DNA of 64,000 bases. Origin: Oscillatoriaceae cyanobacterium Prado104. GTDB lineage: Bacteria; Cyanobacteriota; Cyanobacteriia; Cyanobacteriales; Microcoleaceae. Shown piece after piece: positions 10,172-17,674 of the stretch. The DNA lies in assembly GCA_025454405.1 (NCBI GenBank), contig JALOON010000042.1, positions 25,334 through 89,333 of the forward strand. The letters are read 5' to 3'. Each line of letters starts with the position of its first letter. The first letter of the stretch is position 1. The translations under genes and the position numbers were made by a program. The notes under the pieces are model-generated. The model had not been told where the DNA came from, did not search any database, and worked only from the letters and a program-made list of their open reading frames with translations.

Positions 10172-11452
10172 TTAACTTTGAGAAGCCAAGACAGGTTTTC
10201 CAGTCAATACAACCTGTTCGATAATATCAGCAGCTTTTTTCACACCGCCCGATCGCGCGATCGCCCCTTGCATCTCTATTGCCTTTTTTTTATAAGAATC
10301 TTGTGCCAGCACTTTCTCAACGCTCGATCGCAGTTTAGCAACGCTCAGTTGCTTCAAAGAAATCAGTTCGCCAACACCTGTATAAGCAATTCGTGCCGCC
10401 ACTCCTGGCTGGTCATTCGCCATAGGAATCGCTACCATCGGTACTCCATTTCTCAAAGATTCTAAAGTCGTATTCATCCCCGCATGAGTAATCGTAATAG
10501 TTGCTTTTTGCAACAGTTCTAATTGCGGTGCCAAGCCAACAACGATCGGATTTCCCGCTAATTTTGGCAAAGATTCTGGACTAGCACCACCGCCGAGATC
10601 GATGACTAATTGAGCGTCTAACCCTTCACAGGCAGAGGCAATTATTTGAAAAACATTTACCAAGCGATTTTGAATAGTTCCCATCGAGGCATAAATCAAT
10701 GGTTGACCAGTTAATTGTTCAAAAGGGAAAGGTACTGCTTGGCGCAGTGCAGGATTGTGATAATGACCGGTGAAATGAAAATGCGGCGGTAAACTTTGCC
10801 TGGGAAAATTAAATTCAGGCGGTTGCTGGCTGATTTGAGCGAGTTTAGAGTAATAATCGTTCGGGTAAGAATAGAGGGGCAAGTTCCACTCTTTGCGATA
10901 TTGGGCGATTGTCTTGCGAATCGGTTTGGCAAGCACTTCTACTAACTGAAAGCCGAGTCGATTGCGCCAGCGCCCTTGCCAAGTTGGAGTGTATTGCCAA
11001 GTAGTGAAAATAGGAGGAATGTTGGGTTCTCGATTCAGCATCAACCCACTACATATAGTTACAAAAGGAATGTTAAGAATGTCCGCAACCGTTCCTCCTT
11101 CCAATGAATATTGGTCTACAAGTAAAGCTGCTACACCTGCCTTTCTAATAGTGGTTGGTGCCTCTCTGAGCATCACAGCCGAAGTTTTTGGCACATTTTT
11201 AAGATTGTATTGCAGCGCCTTGAGTCCGCTGAGTTTCCCCATTTCGGTTAAGATTTTTGTACTGGCACCGAGGGGAAATTCATCTTCAGCTAATGCCTGA
11301 AATTCTAAACCGCTGGCTAGAGTTTTTGCTTTGGCATCAAGAAAGTTAAATACCGTAACTCGATGACCTCGGTGTAGGAGTTCGCTGCCCAAAGTTGTCA
11401 TGGTGTTGAGGTGGCCGATGGATGCCGGACAGAGAATGCCGAAGTGGGTCAT
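10172..11452 (-). CDS. GT1-family UDP-glycosyltransferase (MGT/CrtX zeaxanthin glucosyltransferase-like), copy 1
   Basis: A 426-aa ORF. The N-terminus MTHFGILCPASIGHLN...LHRGHRVTVF mirrors CrtX (MSHFAVIAPPFFSHV...ARGHRVTF). The C-terminal GT1 signature is THAGMNTTLESLRNGVPMVAIPMANDQ. Confidence 0.8.
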   Translation of the reverse strand: MTHFGILCPASIGHLNTMTTLGSELLHRGHRVTVFNFLDAKAKTLASGLEFQALAEDEFPLGASTKILTEMGKLSGLKALQYNLKNVPKTSAVMLREAPTTIRKAGVAALLVDQYSLEGGTVADILNIPFVTICSGLMLNREPNIPPIFTTWQYTPTWQGRWRNRLGFQLVEVLAKPIRKTIAQYRKEWNLPLYSYPNDYYSKLAQISQQPPEFNFPRQSLPPHFHFTGHYHNPALRQAVPFPFEQLTGQPLIYASMGTIQNRLVNVFQIIASACEGLDAQLVIDLGGGASPESLPKLAGNPIVVGLAPQLELLQKATITITHAGMNTTLESLRNGVPMVAIPMANDQPGVAARIAYTGVGELISLKQLSVAKLRSSVEKVLAQDSYKKKAIEMQGAIARSGGVKKAADIIEQVVLTGKPVLASQS

Positions 11453-11469
11453 TAGTAAAGGCTCCTTTC

Positions 11470-11680
11470 AGTTAATTTTTTTGTAATATTATACCGATCG
11501 CAAATGATTTGTAAATATCTTGCTCTCTCCCCTTAATAAGGGGAGGGTTGGGGTGGGGTAAAAAATTTACAAATGATTTATGACTGCTATATACCGATTT
11601 GAGATTGGAAATTTGAGATTTGAGATTGAACTTCACAGCTTAGGTTATCGATTTGAGATTTGAGATTTAAGTTCCCAGCT
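11470..11680. repeat. Intergenic composite repeats: palindromic CCCCTTAATAAGGGG-GGGTTGGGGTGGGGT element plus GATTTGA heptamers
   Basis: The same ~60-nt element (tccccttaataaggggagggttggggtggggt) recurs at 42155-42200. Heptamer tandems occur at 11585-11680. Confidence 0.7.
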
Positions 11681-12960
11681 TAGATTTGAGCAGCCAAGAC
11701 AGGTTTTCCAGTCAAGATAACCTGTTCGATAATATCAGCAGCTTTCTTAACTGTGCCCGATCGCCCGATCGCCTTTTGCATCTCGATCGCCCTTTTTTTA
11801 TAATTCTCTTGTACCAGCACTTTCTCAACGGTCGATCGAACTTTATTCACGCTCAATTCCTTCAAAGCAACCACTTCACCAACACCTGTATAAGCAATCC
11901 GCGCCGCAATTCCCGGCTGGTCGTTCGCAATAGGAATTGCCACCATCGGTACTCCATTGCTCAACGATTCCAAAGTCGTATTCATCCCCGCGTGAGTAAT
12001 CGTGAGAGTGGCTTTTTGCAGCAGTTCCAATTGCGGTGCAAAACTAACAACTATCGGATTTCCCGGCAATGGCGGCAAAGATTCGGGACTCGCGCCTCCT
12101 CCCAGAGAAATTACCAATTGAGCATCTAAGTTTTCGCAAGCAGCAGCGAGGATTTGAAAAACATCCAACAAGCGATTTTGCACGGTTCCCATCGAAGCAT
12201 AAATCAACGGTTTGTCGGTTAATTGTTCAAAAGGAAAAGCAACTGGTTGTCGCGTTGCTGGGTTGTGAAACGGGCCGGTGAAATGAAAGTTTGGCGGTAA
12301 ATATTGCCTGGGAAAGTCGAATTCTGCCGGTTGTTGAGCGATCTGAGCGAGTTGAGAGTAATAATTTTCCGGGTCGGAGTACAAAGGTAATTTCCACTCT
12401 TTGCGATACTGGGCGATCGCATTTTGAATCGGCTTTGTCGCCAGTTCGATTAATCGATCTCCGAATTGATTGCGCCAGCGTGCTTGCCAAGTTGGACTGT
12501 ATTGCCAAGGAGTGCAAATCGGAGGAATGTTAGGTTCTCGATTCAGCATCAATGCACTGCAAACTGTGATAAAAGGAAGGTTTAGAAATTCTGCGATCGT
12601 TCCTCCTTCTATGGAAACTTGGTCTACCAGCAAAGCTTCTACACCGACTTTTTTAATAATAGCTGGAGCTTGTGAGAGAATCAGAGTTGAAACTTGCGCG
12701 ATTAAGTCGATCGTATATCGAAAAGCTGCCAATCCGCTAAGTTTTCCGAGTTTGCTCAAACTTTCTTGATTCCATCCCAAGGGAAACTCATTTTCAGCTA
12801 ATAGCTGGAATTCCAAGCCGCTTGCTAAGGTGGTGGATTCAGCATCGGGAAAACCAAATAAGGTGACTTGATGGCCTCGATGCAGCAATTCGCTACCTAA
12901 TGTTGTCATGGGGTTGAGGTGGCCGTTGGCTGTCGGACAGAGGATGCCGAAGTGAGTCAT
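11680..12960 (-). CDS. GT1-family UDP-glycosyltransferase (MGT/CrtX-like), copy 2 (tandem paralogue)
   Basis: A 426-aa ORF, collinear with and about 70% identical by eye to the 10172..11452 product over its full length. Confidence 0.8.
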   Translation of the reverse strand: MTHFGILCPTANGHLNPMTTLGSELLHRGHQVTLFGFPDAESTTLASGLEFQLLAENEFPLGWNQESLSKLGKLSGLAAFRYTIDLIAQVSTLILSQAPAIIKKVGVEALLVDQVSIEGGTIAEFLNLPFITVCSALMLNREPNIPPICTPWQYSPTWQARWRNQFGDRLIELATKPIQNAIAQYRKEWKLPLYSDPENYYSQLAQIAQQPAEFDFPRQYLPPNFHFTGPFHNPATRQPVAFPFEQLTDKPLIYASMGTVQNRLLDVFQILAAACENLDAQLVISLGGGASPESLPPLPGNPIVVSFAPQLELLQKATLTITHAGMNTTLESLSNGVPMVAIPIANDQPGIAARIAYTGVGEVVALKELSVNKVRSTVEKVLVQENYKKRAIEMQKAIGRSGTVKKAADIIEQVILTGKPVLAAQI

Positions 12961-13374
12961 TTGAAAAGGCTCCGCATGAGTTTAAATTTGTTTTAGCATT
13001 TAATTGGCTCAGGAGCGGTTTTTTTTGCCGATCGCGAATCTCTCACCAAAATTCGATCTTACAGCAGATTGCGCGCGAGTTCGGTACATTTTTGACCCCC
13101 CCCAACCCCCCCTTATTAAGGGGGGGAGTGTACTTCATAAACCTGCAATCTGTTGTAAGTAAGGTGCGCAGTGCGCACCCCAAGCCTGCAAACTTTTTCA
13201 AATGCGAACTTTAGCTTGAGGTTCGATCGTCTCCGCTTCGATACCGCCCGTAAATCCTCTCTAATTTTTCTTTACTTTAGTTCATAATAATCATAATTAA
13301 TGTTTGTAACAAATCCAGCACGGCTCGCTCTGGCTCAACTATAATGTTAGCAATTAATATTTATAGTAAAAAAT

Positions 13375-14547
13375 ATGCAAGAGCGAGTTTTAAAAGAACG
13401 TTATGCCATCCAGAAAAGCTTGGGTAAAAATGCAGGTCGGCAAACTTTCCTAGCGCGAGACTTAGAAACTCAGCAATTAGTCGTCGTCAAAATCCTCACC
13501 TTTAGTGCAGATTTCCAATGGGACGATTTAAAACTATTTAAACGAGAAGCTGCAACCTTACAGTCACTTTCGCATCCGGGAATTCCCCGTTATTTAGATT
13601 GCTTTGAATTCGAGACACCAAAAACTAAAGGGTTGGCACTGGTACAAAGCTACATCGAAGCGAAATCCTTGGCGGAATGGGTGGAATCGGGACGGAGTTT
13701 TAACGAAGCCGAAATTAAGCAAATCGCTAAAAGCTTGCTGGAAATTTTGGTGTATTTGCAACAACAAAATCCGCCAGTAATTCATCGAGATCTTAAGCCG
13801 AGCAATATTTTATTAGCAGATAGATCGCCCGTCAAACAACACTCAGCGGTTCATAAAGGCAGTTTGTTGGGCGAAGTTTATTTAGTAGATTTTGGTTCGG
13901 TGCAAACCCTAGCAGCGAGAGAAGGTAGCACGGTTACTGTAGTGGGAACTTACGGATATATGCCGCCCGAACAATTTGGCGGGCGTGCGGTTCCGGCTTC
14001 GGATTTGTACGGTTTGGGTGCGACGTTAATTTACTTAGTAACGGGAGTCCATCCAGCCGATTTGCCGCAGGAGGATTTGCGGATTAATTTTGAGCCAAAA
14101 ATCCAGCTTAGTGCTGATTTTGTTGATTGGTTGCAGTGGATGACAGAACCGGATTTAAAAAGCCGCTTAACTGCGGCCGATCGAGCATTAAAAGCACTGG
14201 AAAAACCGGGAGAGGGGGGGCGTTCGGTCTTGGGAAAACCTGCTAAAAGCTGGGTAAAACTCAAGAAAACCCGGAATAGTTTGGAGATTGTGATACCTCC
14301 TTATCAACTATGTTCGGTTTTTATGTGTTATTTTTTGTTTTTTATTTCATTGCTAATTTTGTTTGTTTTATGGATAATATTTATTTTTAATGCGTGGTAT
14401 CTCTTTTTTTCGCGATATGAATTATTATTCTGGGCGATCGCGGTTATTTTAGGTGTGATTTCTGCGATATTTTTTATTGAATCGACTCTCAAAAAGTCTG
14501 CAAAATTCATCCGACTGCGGAACGTTATGCGATCGAGAAACAGCTAA
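13375..14547 (+). CDS. Membrane-anchored Ser/Thr protein kinase (Hanks-type), copy 1
   Basis: Kinase subdomains are visible: VVVKIL (subdomain II), HRDLKPSNILL (VIb), DFG (VII), and GTYGYMPPE (VIII). The hydrophobic, Phe/Ile-rich C-terminal TM region is encoded by an AT-rich tract (14300-14500). Confidence 0.85.
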   Translation: MQERVLKERYAIQKSLGKNAGRQTFLARDLETQQLVVVKILTFSADFQWDDLKLFKREAATLQSLSHPGIPRYLDCFEFETPKTKGLALVQSYIEAKSLAEWVESGRSFNEAEIKQIAKSLLEILVYLQQQNPPVIHRDLKPSNILLADRSPVKQHSAVHKGSLLGEVYLVDFGSVQTLAAREGSTVTVVGTYGYMPPEQFGGRAVPASDLYGLGATLIYLVTGVHPADLPQEDLRINFEPKIQLSADFVDWLQWMTEPDLKSRLTAADRALKALEKPGEGGRSVLGKPAKSWVKLKKTRNSLEIVIPPYQLCSVFMCYFLFFISLLILFVLWIIFIFNAWYLFFSRYELLFWAIAVILGVISAIFFIESTLKKSAKFIRLRNVMRSRNS

Positions 14548-14570
14548 GTCAAAATGCGGGAAGGCGCACT

Positions 14571-15872
14571 TTGTTAGCGCGGGACTTGCAAACCCAAGAG
14601 TTAGTAGCGATTAAGTTACTAATTTTTGGGGAGGATGTTTGCTGGGATGACTTAAAGCTATTTGAAAGAGAAGCGCAAACTTTACAACAGCTTTCCCATC
14701 CGGCAATTCCCCGCTACCTGGATTACTTTGAAGTGGATGTGCCAACGGGTAAAGGATTTGCCTTGGTACAAAGCTATATCCAGGCTAAATCCTTAGAAGA
14801 ATGGTTAAAAAGCGGGCGAACATTTAGCGAAGCAGAAGTCAAGCAACTGGCTAAAGCATTACTAGAAATTTTGGACTATCTCCACGGGCAACAGCCGCCA
14901 GTTATTCACCGAGATATCAAGCCGAGTAATATTTTACTGGCAAACAGATCGGGCAATAGTGTCGGTGATGTTTATTTAGTTGATTTTGGTTCCGTACAGA
15001 CACTAGCAGCTAGAAAAGGCAGCACGATTACTGTTGTCGGTACTTACGGATATATGCCGCCCGAACAATTTGGCGGGCGAAATGTTCCCGCTTCCGATAT
15101 TTACAGTTTGGGTGCGACGTTAATTTATTTAGTAACGGGCAGGCATCCAGCCGAGTTATCCCAAGGTAATTTGCAAATTCAATTTGAGTCAACAGTCAAT
15201 CTCAATCCAGATTTAATTGCTTGGCTGAAGTGGATGACACAACCGAGTTTGAACCGCCGCCTTGCATCTGCAAAAGAGGCTATGGAAGCTTTGGAAAATC
15301 CCCGCCTGCCAACAGATATCTCGACGGTCAGACAAAAACCTTTTGGGAGTAAGATTGAAATGAAAAAAGATGGGGAGAATTTAGAGGTTGTAATTCCGCC
15401 CAAAAAGTTGACTTTTCGGAAATTCTACTGGATATTTGTAGGAACGTTTTTTTGCTTTGCGCAATTTTTATTTCCTTTTATCTGGATAAAACCCGTTCTT
15501 AAAGGTGCATTTTTCTTCATTATTCCATTTCTGGTGTTTTTACCACTTTGTTGGATCTTTGGCTTAGTCATTGGTTCTGTATTGTGGGAAAATCTCGTAA
15601 CTTTTTTCAGAGAAACTAGAATTAAGTTCGACGGTCAACAGATTTCTGTAACTCACCTGTGGCCTTGGTATCAATATCAGGTGGCTCCGATCGAGAAAAA
15701 ATCTATGATGCAAGGGAGTATGTATATTCGAGATTCCATGTTAGGTTACGTGTTTGATGAAAAATATTATGAGACTCTGAGAATTTCTCAAGCAACCCCT
15801 CCAGAAATAGAATGGTTGACCGAGGAAATAAGTGCTAGATCTAACGGAAAAATTACTGTGGCTTTTGCATAA
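14571..15872 (+). CDS. Membrane-anchored Ser/Thr protein kinase, copy 2 (tandem paralogue; 5' end uncertain)
   Basis: The ORF table begins at TTG 14571, but protein homology to copy 1 (ERYAIEKQLSQNAGRRTLLARDL) is encoded in the same frame from ~14517. No ATG/GTG/TTG start lies upstream after the in-frame TGA at 14478. This kinase retains an additional C-terminal soluble region that copy 1 lacks. Confidence 0.75.
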   Translation: MLARDLQTQELVAIKLLIFGEDVCWDDLKLFEREAQTLQQLSHPAIPRYLDYFEVDVPTGKGFALVQSYIQAKSLEEWLKSGRTFSEAEVKQLAKALLEILDYLHGQQPPVIHRDIKPSNILLANRSGNSVGDVYLVDFGSVQTLAARKGSTITVVGTYGYMPPEQFGGRNVPASDIYSLGATLIYLVTGRHPAELSQGNLQIQFESTVNLNPDLIAWLKWMTQPSLNRRLASAKEAMEALENPRLPTDISTVRQKPFGSKIEMKKDGENLEVVIPPKKLTFRKFYWIFVGTFFCFAQFLFPFIWIKPVLKGAFFFIIPFLVFLPLCWIFGLVIGSVLWENLVTFFRETRIKFDGQQISVTHLWPWYQYQVAPIEKKSMMQGSMYIRDSMLGYVFDEKYYETLRISQATPPEIEWLTEEISARSNGKITVAFA

Positions 15873-15939
15873 AAGCGGCGAATAGGTCGGTAAACAGCAA
15901 AATTACTTAACCCAAATAAGTCGATCGCCCTGCATTTTT

Positions 15940-16060
15940 GCTAATCGCATACTGCGATCTGCTTGCTATTTTCTGTAATTGCGATCTGCCAACCATCAGC
16001 TTGTTTTAGATAATTACTCAAAAGAGGTTTTGGAGGATGACATCTTTGGCACTCATCTGT
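15940..16060 (-). pseudogene. Remnant of a second Phd/YefM-family antitoxin gene (truncated, no start)
   Basis: The reverse strand translates ...PLLSNYLKQADGWQIAITENSKQIAVCD*, matching PLRNYLQQAEGEPIVITENGKPVAVM of the intact antitoxin at 17150..17431. The nucleotides also match (ttttctgtaatt...cagcttgtt..agataatt). Confidence 0.4.
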
Positions 16061-16315
16061 GTATTCCTAGTGATTTATACCATTTTCATAAAGTAGCGCT
16101 ATATATCTACTGCCCAACCCTTTGAGTAATAGGTAGCTGCCCAATTTATCTGCAGCATGACTTTATGAATTTGGTATTACTGGTGAGTGAACCTGCGGGC
16201 TTTGAAACTTTTATTTTAATTTTCACTCGGTTAGTCTCAGTCTTTCCTAACAATAGCATTTTTCGATTATCATTACTCTTAAAGTTGCCACCCGTGCATC
16301 AATATAGGAGTCCCG

Positions 16316-16624
16316 ATGATTGCGCCCCGCACGCCCACTAAACAACACTGGGAGCTGTTTGAGATTTATAAGGCTAAACAAATGGAACCCGAAGAGTTCC
16401 TGAGATATTGGGCTGTCAACTACGAAGAACTGGCCGAATTGTGCGGGCGCTCTAAAAGCACGGTAGCTCATTGGTTTTCCCAAGGCGAACACCGCCGGGA
16501 ACCCTCAGAAGCAGATAAGCGCAGGCTGGCCGAAATTCATGCCCTATGGACTCAATTTGAGAACGAACCCGCTCACCTGAGAGAAATCTGGGCCCGAAAG
16601 CGCCAGCGCCAGCGTCGCGATTAG
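16316..16624 (+). CDS. Small helix-turn-helix protein (hypothetical)
   Basis: A 102-aa ORF with an HTH-like segment YEELAELCGRSKSTVAHWFS and a basic C-terminal tail (RKRQRQRRD). Confidence 0.45.
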   Translation: MIAPRTPTKQHWELFEIYKAKQMEPEEFLRYWAVNYEELAELCGRSKSTVAHWFSQGEHRREPSEADKRRLAEIHALWTQFENEPAHLREIWARKRQRQRRD

Positions 16625-16817
16625 TTGTCATCGGTGCATTATTTAGTTGCCGCTGTGACAACAGCGGTTTATGGTGTTTTACATGAGACTCAGGCAAAAC
16701 ACCCCGGTTTATCGAACTTTCGTGGCTGCTGGCTCGCAAAATTGATGCAGAAACGGGATTTGTCAGCTTTAATGCGCAAGTTCTGTTACAAATCATCGCA
16801 TTCAAAATAGGTGAAAT

Positions 16818-17081
16818 ATGATGCTCGTCGAAAACTTCTTGTCTATTTCTAATACTGATTTACCAAATACACCAATCGATCGGGATTCTGTTGAAAAGCA
16901 ACCAGAAAACTGAGAACAGCTCAAACATTTGCTAATTGGTTCTCCCAAAACTGTTACAAGTACGATTCAAGCATTGCACAGTCTGGGATATGCGGCAGCC
17001 GGAGATTGGAGTCCTTTACAGCCAACAGGAAAACCACCTGAAGTAATGAGTGTCTTAATCCGACGCTTTGTGGTGAAATAG
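16818..17081 (+). pseudogene. 88-codon ORF interrupted by an in-frame TGA (codon 32); possible decayed gene
   Basis: MMLVENFLSISNTDLPNTPIDRDSVEKQPEN-TGA(16911)-EQLKHLLIGSPKTVTSTIQALHSLGYAAAGDWSPLQPTGKPPEVMSVLIRRFVVK*, all in one frame. Confidence 0.25.
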
Positions 17082-17149
17082 TCAAATCGCGATCGCTCTT
17101 TTTCCGACAGTCAAATTCAAGAGTACAGTCAAATTTAAGAGCGATCGCC

Positions 17150-17431
17150 CTACTTTTGTGATTCTTGAGAGTAAGAATCATCAACTAATTTCCAGAAATC
17201 CGCATGATTAATTCCTCCAGTTTCTGCAATCTGCCGATCTGCTTCCTCAATTAATTTCATAAATTTCGGATTGCGTGCTAACAGAAAACGTTCCAGTTCA
17301 TCGGGGTCTACAATTAATGTCATTACTGCAACTGGCTTCCCATTTTCTGTAATGACAATGGGCTCACCCTCAGCTTGTTGGAGATAATTTCTCAAAGGTA
17401 CATCGATCTGGGCGATCGGGATAATTTTCAT
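17150..17431 (-). CDS. Type II toxin-antitoxin Phd/YefM-family antitoxin (no recognisable cognate toxin downstream)
   Basis: A 93-aa ORF, MKIIPIAQIDVPLRNYLQQAEGEPIVITENGKPVAVM..., with the Phd/YefM fold signature. The downstream 76-aa ORF 16954..17184 has no RelE/ParE/YoeB motifs. Confidence 0.65.
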   Translation of the reverse strand: MKIIPIAQIDVPLRNYLQQAEGEPIVITENGKPVAVMTLIVDPDELERFLLARNPKFMKLIEEADRQIAETGGINHADFWKLVDDSYSQESQK

Positions 17432-17517
17432 AAATTAAATTCCTCTGTGCCTGTAAATAACTTATACTAAATGATGTCAAACGCAGTCATAGATTACTGT
17501 TTAATCATTAGACTTAG

Positions 17518-17643
17518 ATCCCCCCTAGCCCCCCTTAAGAAGGGGGGGACCGGAATCCTATCGAAGTCCCCCTTAAGAAGGGGGGGACTGGAAACAGTTC
17601 AAAGTCCCCCTTTTTAAGGGGGATTTAGGGGGATCTAGACTAA
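17518..17643. repeat. Dispersed palindromic C5/G5 hairpin repeat family (CCCCCTTAAGAAGGGGGGG / AAGTCCCCCTTTTTAAGGGGGATTTAGGGGGATC)
   Basis: Related copies occur at 37355-37590, 52262-52310, 57697-57855 and 61038-61150, in both orientations. Confidence 0.8.
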
Positions 17644-17674
17644 GGGAAAATTGTTTGTCCTCTAGCAGATAACT

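Noticed and set aside
16911-16913. In-frame TGA in ORF 16818-17081 as a selenocysteine codon
   Set aside because: No SECIS-like hairpin was recognised immediately downstream, and no selenoprotein family fits the sequence. Gene decay is the simpler explanation.
16954-17184. 76-aa ORF overlapping the antitoxin 3' end as the cognate toxin
   Set aside because: It has the expected position, but its sequence (MMILTLKNHKSRAIALKFDC...) shows none of the conserved RelE/ParE/YoeB residues. It is left uncalled.
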